NCBI RefSeq assembly: GCF_000143415.4
Contig: NW_003314337.1
Location: forward strand, 817,437-881,436
Length of the DNA: 64,000 nt
Source of the DNA: Selaginella moellendorffii
Taxonomy: Eukaryota > Plantae > Lycopodiophyta
Direction of reading: 5' to 3'
Part shown: positions 25,158-36,372 of the stretch, piece after piece
Layout: each line of letters begins with the position of its first letter
Position numbering within the stretch: the first letter of the stretch is position 1
Notes under the pieces: model-generated
The model's input: only the letters and a program-made list of their open reading frames with translations
The model's database searches: none
What the model was told of the DNA's origin: nothing
Translations under genes and position numbers: made by a program

Positions 25158-28100
25158 TGTGAGACACAAAATCCCTAGGCCCCAAAGTGGAGCCGGAAAG
25201 GGTGCCACGTGGTAGTGGCTGAAGCGAGAGCCAAACGAGTGTAACACGTTTGGACCAAAAGCTCCGACTTGAAAAGTCAAGAGCGGGAGTGGAACTCCCA
25301 ACGAAGTGCTCGAGGAACGAGCACGAAGCGAGCAAAAGGCGAGGCTCCAAAAAAGGGACCCAAAAAGGGCCAACACATGACACGTGGGAGTGTCCGAGAT
25401 GGACTCGAGTTGGAGTCCGAATTGGAGTCCGAGATGGACCCGAGTTGGAGTCCGAAGTGGAGTCCGAGATGGACCCGAGTTGGAGTCCGAAGTGGAGTCC
25501 GAGATGGACCCGAGTTGGAGTCCGAAGTGGAGTCCGAGATGGACCCGAGATGGAGTCCGAGATGGAGCCCGAGATGGAGTCCGAGATGGAGTCCGAGATG
25601 GACCCGAGATGGAGTCCAAGATGGAGTCCGAGGTGGACCCGAGGTGGACCCGAAATGGAGTCCGAGATGGACCCGAGATGGAGTCCGAGATGGAGTCCGA
25701 GATGGACCCGAGATGGACCCGAGATGGAGTCCGAGATGGAGTCCGAGATGGAGTCCGAGATGGAGTCCGAGATGGAGTCCGAAGTCGAGACCGAGACCGG
25801 GACCGAGCCCGAGACCGGGACCGAGACCGAGACCGAGGCCGAGGCCGAGACCAAGCCCGAGCCCGAGTCCGAGTCCGAGTCCGAGTCCGAGTCCGAGTCC
25901 GAGTCCGAGTCCGAGTCCGAGTCCGGAGCCTGAGAGGGTGAAAGCCCAAAGCGTTCGTCTCCCAGACCCTGGGGGGTTTGGTGAGCTCCAAAAGTATAGT
26001 AGGGGGAGGACTGCAGTGGAGCCAGTTTGGCCAGGAAAGGCCAGTTTGGCCCAGGAAGGCCGGACCCAGTGTTGGGTGATGAGCTGCCCACTGGGAAGTC
26101 CAAGACTAGAGTGAACACAGACCGACAAGCGGGGTAGCTTGGTGAAGTGTTCAAGAGCCGGCTCTAGTTCCCCCGGGAGATCGACTGGCCGATGCTCCCA
26201 GTCCAAGTGTGGGTGGCACTACCTACTTGGATACCTGGTGTGGCTCAACGGAACCCGCTCTAAGCCCATGGCTAGAGCACCTATGGGCAGAAGGCGAGGA
26301 GAGTACCCAGGTGGCTTGCGTAAGGCCACGGTGTTCCGAAATGTTGTCCCAAAGGCCCAGACTGTGGAAAGGAAGAGGAGCAGTCCTCTGGGGTGGTGAC
26401 CAAGGACACAGTCGGGTGGTGAGGAAGTCCCAGAGGACCGTGGGACTTAGTGGTCGGGCATGTGGGTCTCGATCCAGTGGCAGTGTTGGCAAACACGGCC
26501 AGGGGCAGAAAGGGACTTAGTGGGGATTGACAGAGGGATATTGGGGAAGGCTATTCCCCTTGTCGGTGGGCATCCTAAGGATGCTAAGGAGTGGATCTGA
26601 GATGACCACTCACGGATGGTTTGCCTAGTCTTGGAGAGCCAAGACTGGGATGCAAGTGGTATTGGACTACCAGTGTGGCAAAGGTGATTGGGCATGGCCT
26701 TAGCGTAACGGGCTGCTATGTCGGTGGTACCTTTGAGTGTCGGTCATGGGATCGGACACGTGGAGCACTTGGACCAAGTGCAAATGTTGAGTGGCATGGA
26801 TGCCATTCTTGGGGCTAGCAAGTCCCAAGTCCTGGATTGGACTTATGGAGGTTGTGAATGAGACTCCTCCAAGTGGTCGGAGGTGTGGTTAAGTGACTAA
26901 AGTAGAATGGAAAATTTAGTCGCTTACAATTTGGTATCGGAGCTGTTCCTTAGTCCGACTTTTATTGGTGCTCAAGTATATCACCACTAGTGTTGGCATC
27001 GGAAGGTCCGAGGAGTGGGCCTATCCTTGAGGAGTAGCAAGTCGGGAAGACATGGCTCTCCATTACAGTTCATGTGTGAACTTGTAGACGAGGTGGTGGA
27101 TAGAAAAGGGCCAATAATGGAACGACTTTGGGATCTTGGGAATAGTGCAAGGTTTTCCTCATTGAGTTGAGGATGTGATCCGGATGAGCATTTGTCTCAG
27201 CAAATTGGCTAAGGTTGTTGTGGTAAACAACTAAAGTTGGGATCACGGGAAAGATAGAGACTCCAAAACAATAAAGGAGTCACAAGATTATCCTCATATA
27301 GTTGAGGTTGGTGCTCATGAATGTGAGACCAGAGGTAATGACCGTGGGAGGTCAAATACGGAAGAGGACTCAAGTCCTTGAAATGGTAGCCGGGGCTACC
27401 TTTAATAAATGCTGGAACAACCCAAGGAGTTGGGGGGTGTACTTAGAGATGAGTGGTATTCTCATCACATGGACAAGTAGTCCTAAGGGGCAAAAGTTGC
27501 CTCTAGAGAACAAAAACAAGTGTCAGAGTAACACTTGTGAAAATAGTCCTTCTGAGTAGGGCAGGAATGCAGGAAGTGTATTCCAGTGAGCTAGTGCCTC
27601 ACAAGTGGGACCTTCCGGGTCTGTGGATGAACCAAGTCCAAAACTGCTGGATGACTCAAGTAGAGTCAAGGAAAGGTCCTAAAAGGACTGATTGAAGCAT
27701 TTGGACTGAGGTGTGTTGTACCCCATGAAGGATGGGGGGGGGATCATAGGATCCAAGGATGGGAACAGAGGGTATCTCATCGATGGCAAAATGTGCCATG
27801 CTAAAGTTATGGGAAAGGTGTTCCCAGAAGAAAACAACTTTGACACAAAGTTGTATGTGACCTCTATGGTGCAGTGCTAACGGATGGTTGGCATGAGAAA
27901 GAGCGGTGTTGGTCTTGGCAAAGACTTAAACACGAAGGGGAAGTGTCATAGAGGTAGGCTCGTGGAGCCGATGGTGTGGAGACACCAAATGTGCCAAGGT
28001 GTGATACCTTGAGGCTATGTTGGTGGGTTCATGAGAACCCCTTGCCAAAGGAATCCCAATGGAAATGGGAATGGCATAGCCTAAGCTGCAGAGCATGCAA

Positions 28101-31100
28101 TTGGAGTGTGGTGACCCAGATAATGATGGAGGTGTGAAAGCACCAAGCAATGAGTTGTAGGACTTGACAACTATGAGGCAACTAAGCAAGAGGTGCAAAA
28201 TAACTGGCTAAATGGGTAGAGGGTAGCTACCCAAGACTTCTAGCATAGGGAAGTCAGATATACCCTTACGGGGGATAAGTTGCTTATGTTGCGATATAGT
28301 AAGTCAATGTCATAAAAGGAAATACTCATTGTCAAGAAAGCCATCATTGGGACACCCGAACACTCTAGAACACCAGATGGTGGTGTTTAATGTCGCGAGG
28401 GCAATGGATAAAGCCCAAGGGACTAAGTCCTTAGCGAATGATGGATAGAAAGTGCTATCCAAATGTCCAAGGTTGCGGAGACAGGAGAGGACTGTCTACC
28501 CAAGTTGGACAAAGCCAAAAATGGAATTTTGGCAAGGCTAGTGATGGGCATGTAAAGGCCCATAAGCAACAATGTAATCCCAGTGTGTGGGATTATAAGA
28601 CGAGCATACCCGGATTGAGGAACCACTCCCTGGGCTATTGGGTAGGTTCATCCCTAAGAATACTTGCTAAGGCATGATAGAAAGTGCAAAGCTATCCTCC
28701 TGGTCTGGAGGAGAATGACCAAAGGAAAGGTGTGAAACCAAAAAGCAAGAAGTAAGGGGATAGAACCGAACCGTAGGAATCAAAGGGCATAACCAAGGTT
28801 GGTTATGCCAGCTGGGAGTGGAGAATCAAGTGGGGGCTCGAGGGTGTTGCCGCTAGCAATCGTGATGCCATGGAGAGTCTAAAATATGGAATTGTCCATG
28901 TTAGACTATGTGGCATTTGGAAGGCTTGCAAAAAGGGAGGCCTTAGCAAGCTGAGGGACAGAGTTCCTTCAAGGTTCCCAAAGACGATTCTAGGGAGCTT
29001 AGTACCTAGAAAGGCCAAGTGTAAATGGTTCATGGAACGCGCGAAATCAGAGTGGCGCAGCAGAAGCGTGGTCTTGAAGCTTGCCATGAGGCAAGGCTAT
29101 CAAGGTTAGGGAAGTAGTTCCCGAGTGTTCAAAGAGAGGGCTTTGAACGAAAGTCGATGGTCAAGGACTTTCACGCTTATGCAGGAACCATGTTACAGTG
29201 GTCGGAGGACTTGCCAAGCGAGATTGGCACGTCGGGGGAACAAATACCCTAGTTGAAGGTGATAACTTCAAAAAGGGTGGGCCATGGGGCCGAGCATGGA
29301 GGAGTCCATGCATGATCACAGACATGTCAAGTGAGAGGACTTGGCAGTGTGGAGGAACTAGGTTCCTAAGCTGTGATCTGTAGCGCGCTTTAAAAATAAG
29401 TTGGTGCACCGGCGTGGGGAGTCACGCCAGGCATCTTGTGTGATGCCGTCCGTAGATGCATATACGGAGGTTGGGTTCGAGTCCCGACCCTCTAGTGCTT
29501 GGGTTCGAGTCCCAAATCACTAGGGCGTGGTGATGGTTTGGAATATGAGGACACTCATATTTCGGTGGTCATGGACTCTCAGTGTGGAGACTGGTTTGGG
29601 CACACCGCCAAGCGAGGGATGCCTCGGAGTCGTGATGCACGGTTAGATTGCTTAAGTGTGAAAGCTCAGCATATCTAACTTGAACGCTTTGGTGCAAGTG
29701 GCACCAAGGTCGTGGTGAGTGAGATGGGGACACCTAATCTCAGTTGCTATGAACCCTTGGCCGTAAGGGCTGGCTTGGGTGCACCGCTAAGTGTGGGGGA
29801 TGCCCCCGGGGTTATAGTCAACAACTTGGAGGTCTAGAAGACCAAGTACCTCTTGGCAACTCTGTTAAGGTGCCAAGGTGAAATCACTAGGTGATCTTAT
29901 GGCCAGATAAGGACAAGGTCCTTGGTTGGCTAAGGAATGAAGTTCCTGGTTCAAAATGTTGAAATTGAACTGTTTAAGGTGGTGTGGCTTGGTCGTGATG
30001 ACCAAGTGGGAAGAGCACCTAAGGGAAATAAACTATGTCCGTGCGATGGCATAGTGAGTCCGAGGAAAGTAGTCTCTATAAAAGACCCATGGGAGGGTCA
30101 CGAAGTTGGGCCGTGGATAGAGCCCATAGCAGAAGATGCTAAAGGGACTTACTAAGGGTGAACATCCTCCGGACTTGGCAAAGAAGAGTCTTTGCTATGG
30201 AACCGAAACAATACCTCAAGGAGGGAGGTAGAGATTCGATGTTGCTTGGTGCAACAATCAACGGATAGGAGCAAAAGATGAGTGGCCAAGATAGGGCCGT
30301 GGAATCCCTTGGAAGGAATCCAAGTGACAAAGTTAGGCGAGGAACACTAATGTGTTGGACGCTAACAAGTTGCGGGAAAGGAAGTGTGTTTCCAAGGAGG
30401 GATTCCGAAATGCTCCGATTTGGCGAAAGTGGAAGCTCCAAGGGAGGGAGCGGTAAGGTAGCCAAATGATAGGGCCATGAACAGCCCTAGCACAAAGTAT
30501 GATAACTGGAACTTTGGCACGAAATAGAAGAGAGGATGATGGTGCCCTCGAGTAGAGAACTTCCTAGGATGGGAAGTGGAGTTGCACAAAAGGTGCAAGG
30601 CAAGGTGTCGGAGACACCTAGGAAATTGACTCCAAGAAGTCAAAATTCAAAGTTCCAAAGTGCAGAGGTTATATCGATGGAAATTGAGACTACTCGAGAA
30701 GGAGTAGTGGGATTGACTTAGAGAAGGGTCTCTAAGAGGTTTAGCGAGAACTAAACCAATAAAAGGAGAGAACCACTATATGTGGTCCAATCAGTCTTTG
30801 AGTTGGAGAGACTACCCTCCTTAGAGGATATGCAAAAGGCATGGTGAGCCTTCAATGTCCAACCATTGACGAATATGGAGAAGGCATGGTGAGCCTTCAA
30901 TGTCACACCATTGACAAATATTGGCTACGCGCCAAGGATGGAAATGGTAACACATGCGGGTGTTACTTTATAAAATGGTTCACCGTTCGATGAGGACATC
31001 GAACTTCGTCTATGGGTGGTGGAGTTGTGAGACACAAAATCCCTAGGCCCCAAAGTGGAGCCGGAAAGGGTGCCACGTGGTAGTGGCTGAAGCGAGAGCC

Positions 31101-32808
31101 AAACGAGTGTAACACGTTTGGACCAAAAGCTCCGACTTGAAAAGTCAAGAGCGGGAGTGGAACTCCCAACGAAGTGCTCGAGGAACGAGCACGAAGCGAG
31201 CAAAAGGCGAGGCTCCAAAAAAGGGACCCAAAAAGGGCCAACACATGACACGTGGGAGTGTCCGAGATGGACTCGAGTTGGAGTCCGAATTGGAGTCCGA
31301 GATGGACCCGAGTTGGAGTCCGAAGTGGAGTCCAAGATGGACCCGAGTTGGAGTCCGAAGTGGAGTCCGAGATGGACCCGAGTTGGAGTCCGAAGTGGAG
31401 TCCGAGATGGACCCGAGATGGAGTCCGAGATGGAGCCCGAGATGGAGTCCGAGATGGAGTCCGAGATGGACCCGAGATGGAGTCCGAGATGGAGTCCGAG
31501 GTGGACCCGAGGTGGACCCGAAATGGAGTCCGAGATGGAGTCCGAGATGGACCCGAGATGGAGTCCGAGATGGAGTCCGAGATGGACCCGAGATGGACCC
31601 GAGATGGAGTCCGAGATGGAGTCCGAGATGGAGTCCGAGATGGAGTCCGAGATGGAGTCCGAAGTCGAGACCGAGACCGGGACCGAGCCCGAGACCGGGA
31701 CCGAGACCGAGACCGAGGCCGAGGCCGAGACCAAGCCCGAGCCCGAGTCCGAGTCCGAGTCCGAGTCCGAGTCCGAGTCCGAGTCCGAGTCCGAGTCCGA
31801 GTCCGGAGCCTGAGAGGGTGAAAGCCCAAAGCGTTCGTCTCCCAGACCCTGGGGGGTTTGGTGAGCTCCAAAAGTATAGTAGGGGGAGGACTGCAGTGGA
31901 GCCAGTTTGGCCAGGAAAGGCCAGTTTGGCCCAGGAAGGCCGGACCCAGTGTTGGGTGATGAGCTGCCCACTGGGAAGTCCAAGACTAGAGTGAACACAG
32001 ACCGACAAGCGGGGTAGCTTGGTGAAGTGTTCAAGAGCCGGCTCTAGTTCCCCCGGGAGATCGACTGGCCGATGCTCCCAGTCCAAGTGTGGGTGGCACT
32101 ACCTACTTGGATACCTGGTGTGGCTCAACGGAACCCGCTCTAAGCCCATGGCTAGAGCACCTATGGGCAGAAGGCGAGGAGAGTACCCAGGTGGCTTGCG
32201 TAAGGCCACGGTGTTCCGAAATGTTGTCCCAAAGGCCCAGACTGTGGAAAGGAAGAGGAGCAGTCCTCTGGGGTGGTGACCAAGGACACAGTCGGGTGGT
32301 GAGGAAGTCCCAGAGGACCGTGGGACTTAGTGGTCGGGCATGTGGGTCTCGATCCAGTGGCAGTGTTGGCAAACACGGCCAGGGGCAGAAAGGGACTTAG
32401 TGGGGATTGACAGAGGGATATTGGGGAAGGCTATTCCCCTTGTCGGTGGGCATCCTAAGGATGCTAAGGAGTGGATCTGAGATGACCACTCACGGATGGT
32501 TTGCCTAGTCTTGGAGAGCCAAGACTGGGATGCAAGTGGTATTGGACTACCAGTGTGGCAAAGGTGATTGGGCATGGCCTTAGCGTAACGGGCTGCTATG
32601 TCGGTGGTACCTTTGAGTGTCGGTCATGGGATCGGACACGTGGAGCACTTGGACCAAGTGCAAATGTTGAGTGGCATGGATGCCATTCTTGGGGCTAGCA
32701 AGTCCCAAGTCCTGGATTGGACTTATGGAGGTTGTGAATGAGACTCCTCCAAGTGGTCGGAGGTGTGGTTAAGTGACTAAAGTAGAATGGAAAATTTAGT
32801 CGCTTACA
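25158..32808 (+). mobile_element. Complete non-autonomous LTR element (LARD-like) LTR-B copy 2, 7651 bp, recent insertion
   Basis: LTRs 25158-26928 and 31026-32808 nearly identical (one 12-bp repeat unit and a couple of SNPs); TSD CCTTT at 25153-25157 and 32809-32813; PBS TGGTATCGGAGC 26932-26943; ~4.1 kb internal region without gag/pol. Confidence 0.96.
25394..25925. repeat. Tandem GAGATGGAGTCC / GAGACC / GAGTCC repeats in the LTR-B LTR (also ~8283-8750 and ~31260-31805)
   Basis: Visible 6- and 12-bp periodicity. Confidence 0.95.
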
Positions 32809-34550
32809 CCTTTCCTCAAAGTGGCAAGGGTCCCAGACCAGCATCCCTGCCTTGTCGAGTCGTGGGAATGGAGAGGGAAGCGACTCCTTCTGCTCCTCAT
32901 GTGGTGTTGTGGGAGAGTCCGGATCTGATTTCCTCACTTGTTGCAAGTGCGCAGGGTCCACCTGGTGTGTTTCCTCCTGTACTCTTGCATGTACGGGATC
33001 AGGGATGAGCCCGGCCACGTCTGCAAGAGTTTCTGGGTGGGACGAGGGGTTCCCACCAGCTGGGCATGAACTTGACGCATTCCCATAAGCAGGGAGTGTG
33101 CCAGCTGCCCAGTCCTTCCGAGTCCTGAGGTTCTTTGTTAGAATTGTGAGAGCTGCACGACGTGCGTCCCACAGAGAGATGTTCCCCACGTCTACCCCAT
33201 CCTCTAGTTGGTGAGTTAGCTGCGAGACTTCTTGCTGGATTCGCTGTGCCGACTCTCGACACACCTGTTTCGTGAACTGCTCACTGTTCCAAAAGACTAT
33301 ACCACCGCTTGCAGGCTTCGGCAAGACCAAGTGTAGACAATCTGTGCTATCTCCACCCTGTCTCAAGTCCGTGCAGCGCCTTGTCACTGGGGGCTGTGGA
33401 CTGGATCGGGGCCTCACACTTGAGGAACGAGCTGGTGAAGCTGGGAGTGAAGCTCTGGGCTTGTTTGTCAGGTCCGACAAGCATCTGTGGGCAAACTTCA
33501 GTGTCCGAAGAGGCAGCTCCTTGTTCAGTCCTAGGACCACGGCTGAACGATCTGGCTCTCTGGAGATCTCTTGGCTTGGTTGTGCCTCTGAATGGGGGAT
33601 TGTGAACTCACCTTCTAGTGAGGCTTCCATGTTGAGCCTGCAGGAAAGAAGTGCATCGTCCTGTTCCCCTCTGTTTTTGGACGTTCTGGGTGGGGCAGAC
33701 TTGAGTTCTCCTATCCCACGTCCTGGCTTTGCTGCTGCTGCACGTGCTGCTGCTCTGGTGGTGACGCCTGCCCTGACCCTGGTGTGCCGCTCCTGTACTT
33801 CTGTGAGACATCCATCCCTGTGAATCCCCTCGACGGCGAAAGTGCTTGGGATAATTCCCCGCAAGCCTTCCTAACTTGTAACTGGCCCGAGACCCTCACG
33901 AGGCTCCTGAACTCCAGCCAATGACCAAGCAAGTGGGTGAGGGGAGGTAGCTTCGTCCTCTCCACCACTCTCAATGGGCACCTCATCTCTGGCTTGGCTT
34001 TTACTTCCAGCTTGTTCCAGGGCCTGGCCATCCCCCAGCCCTGAAACATCCACCACTTCTATCCCGTGGTTCTCATCTTGCTGGGTTGCTTCCTTGCGTG
34101 GCTCGCTTGCTGCCTTGCACAGCAATGTTCTCGCCGTTGATACAGAGGGCCCTTTCCTGTCCTGGCTTGCTGCTATACGTGTGCCAGAACCCCGACCTTG
34201 TAACAGGCCTCCTCGCGGGAGTCGAATGCTGAGGCCCCTACCTCGCCCTCCACGACCTTGAGAGCTCAGTTTGATGGGTGTGGATGCTGTGATTCCCCTG
34301 CGGCTGTTCTCCATGCTGCTGACAGGGGAGTGAGTACACAGCAGAAGCAAAAAAAGGGGAACAATACTTCCCTGAATCTCACGGCGGATGCCCCCGCCGA
34401 CGGTAGCAAGTGTGGGGAGATTGCACGCTCTCCCCTGAGCGCTCTACTACCTCTGGCTGCGCCTCCGATCACGGCAGCCATGGTACTGGGCGCCTTCCTC
34501 CACTTCCTCCCCAAAAAACGTCCAACATTAGGGTTTTTTGCGCGCAATGC

Positions 34551-36248
34551 AATCCGGCGAGATCGCTAAACATATATGTACATTACCCCAATCCCAAAGG
34601 GATCGAAACTACATTGAGAGCGCACTCTCGAAGAAACTAGTGAAACTATGAGCGCGAACGCCCGGCGCTGCTCTTGGGCCGTCCGCCTCCCAGGTGACTC
34701 CACCGCGGAGCTTGAAGCCACCTGCTTCGCCTCGCCACTCCTCCACTCGATCACAATGATGCCAAGCCAGACGAACACCATGTTGATCTAGCTCGACGTC
34801 GTCGCAGCCAAGCGGTCCAACTCGAGCACGATGACCCGGCGTCGCTCATGGGTCACTCGCCTCCAAGGTGACTCCACTGCACAAGCTGAAGCCACCTGTT
34901 ACGCCCCAAGACGTGATGCTGTGTCTTGGAGCGCCTACCTCCCCAGTGTACTTCCAGCACTAAGTCGGTGCCCATTGCGAACAAACTCCAAGGCGTAGAA
35001 CAAGCAAGGTGTGAGCCTCCTCCAGCTCTAGACTAGAGCGTGCTACCTTGCCTCCCACACTAGACAAGTGCGCTGGCCCCCTTCAATGATATACGAGCCC
35101 CCGTTGCCGGCATCGCGACAATCACAAGGCTTGCAAGCCTCCGCGAACCTCCTCAAAGGACTAGCCCTGAAGCAAGAACCATGTGGGATTCCCTCCGCGA
35201 GCAAACCAACTTGGCCATCCGCCACTGGCCCCCTTTGTGACAGCACTTCCCTGTCACTAGATCCAAAAATGCGCCCATAGTGTCTTCCACGTCCATCCAC
35301 CACGGACACTTCGCTATGTCGGGATGTCGTCCCGAACTGTCCTCCACCAGTCAACAAAGATCCCATGACTTGGTCGTGTTTCCACGACTCAAGTCGCCAA
35401 GAACTTCCGACACATGCAGCTTCACGCTCTCCGTACCTTAGTCGCCACCTTGCATGGCCTGACCTAAGGCGAGAAATCCCGCTCGAAGCTGCGAGACCAG
35501 CAACCGTGGCGTTTCCACCATGTTGCTGCCGTGCCAACCACATGCAACGAAGATCCCTGACACTTAGAGTGGCCGGATCGAAGATCCCGCCGCCACCCTA
35601 AGTCCTGCCCTAACCGCAGTTAGCCAAGAACCCTAACCCTAGCCACGAATTAGGGCAGGTGAGAACTGAGACCGTGAAGAATTTTTGCCTGCGCTTCTGG
35701 GAGGGTGTGAGCCTCCCTCCCAGCTATCCCCCTGTGAATTTTTGTGGAAAAATTCCAAGCCGTTCAGGAGTTATGAGCTCCCAAAAAACTTGAAACCATG
35801 AGAAGCGAAAAAAGAAGAGGAGGAGAGGAGAGCGTCCAGCTGCTGCAGCCGTGGTGGTCCTGACTGCCCTCTCCACTCCTCCAAATCTCTAAGCCCCGAA
35901 AAACCCTAGCCGCCGCCGAAGAACCCTAAAAACAGCAGCGACCTAGGGCCAGCGAGATCTCCAGATCCGTGGCAGATCTCGCCGCGGCCTTCTAGGAGGA
36001 TGAGAATCTACACTCCTAGAAGCCCCCCGTCGAATGAATCGAGGTTTCTCCCAGCCGTTTGGGAGATATCGATAAAAACGATAGAGAGCGAGAGAGAAGA
36101 GGAGAAAGAGGAGGGAGACGAGCTCCGTGTGTTGCTGCCACGGTCTGCGATGCTTGTGCCGCCCTGGACGCTGGCTCCCTCCCTCTTTCTCACACTCTCT
36201 CTCTAGCGCCTTCGAGCTCTCTCCTCAAACAACTTAGGGCAATGCCGC
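34551..36248 (-). mobile_element. Non-autonomous element B copy 1 (near full length)
   Basis: Starts at the shared 3' terminus; homologous to 56931-58636. Confidence 0.9.
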
Positions 36249-36372
36249 AATCCGGCGAGATCGCTGAACGTGTATGTACATTCCCCATGTCCCAATGGGA
36301 CTAATACAAAAAATGGGCGTGCCGCCCTCTCAATGAGCTACTCTACGTGATCCTCATATGCCGCAGCTAGAC

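Larger units (their letters stand above)
23296..34314 (-). pseudogene. LINE A1 ORF1 (~1120 codons after removing the LTR-B insertion; one in-frame stop at 33871)
   Basis: Removing 25158-32813 joins ...HFEER|IQSSPL... in frame. C-terminal part resembles the plant L1 ORF1 DUF4283/RRM region plus a CX2CX4HX3-4C knuckle (CNFCQRAGHREEAC in A2). Start codon uncertain. Confidence 0.8.
18709..34550 (-). mobile_element. LINE A copy 1 (L1/Tx1-like, APE-RT), apparently full length (~8.2 kb net), interrupted by LTR-B copy 2
   Basis: ORF1 and ORF2 overlap by 22 nt; 124-nt 3' UTR ending AGCGATCTCGCCGGATT; no poly(A). Confidence 0.93.

Noticed and set aside
25104-26206. Long ORFs in all frames over the LTR repeats (also 5389-5703, 7951-9025, 30925-32086), including the first ~340 aa of the 952-aa ORF
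   Set aside because: Stop-free 6/12-bp tandem repeats; the 952-aa ORF is a chance fusion of LTR-B antisense sequence to LINE ORF1
34316-34382. Possible short intron near the LINE 5' end (GT...pyrimidine tract...CAG)
   Set aside because: No donor/acceptor pair joins the upstream ORF to ORF1 in frame; it could be a UTR intron but is unsupported
35043-35543. 166-aa ORF repeated in B copies as a functional protein
   Set aside because: Conservation is explained by recent copying; no ATG-supported domain, only a short ORF2-like remnant
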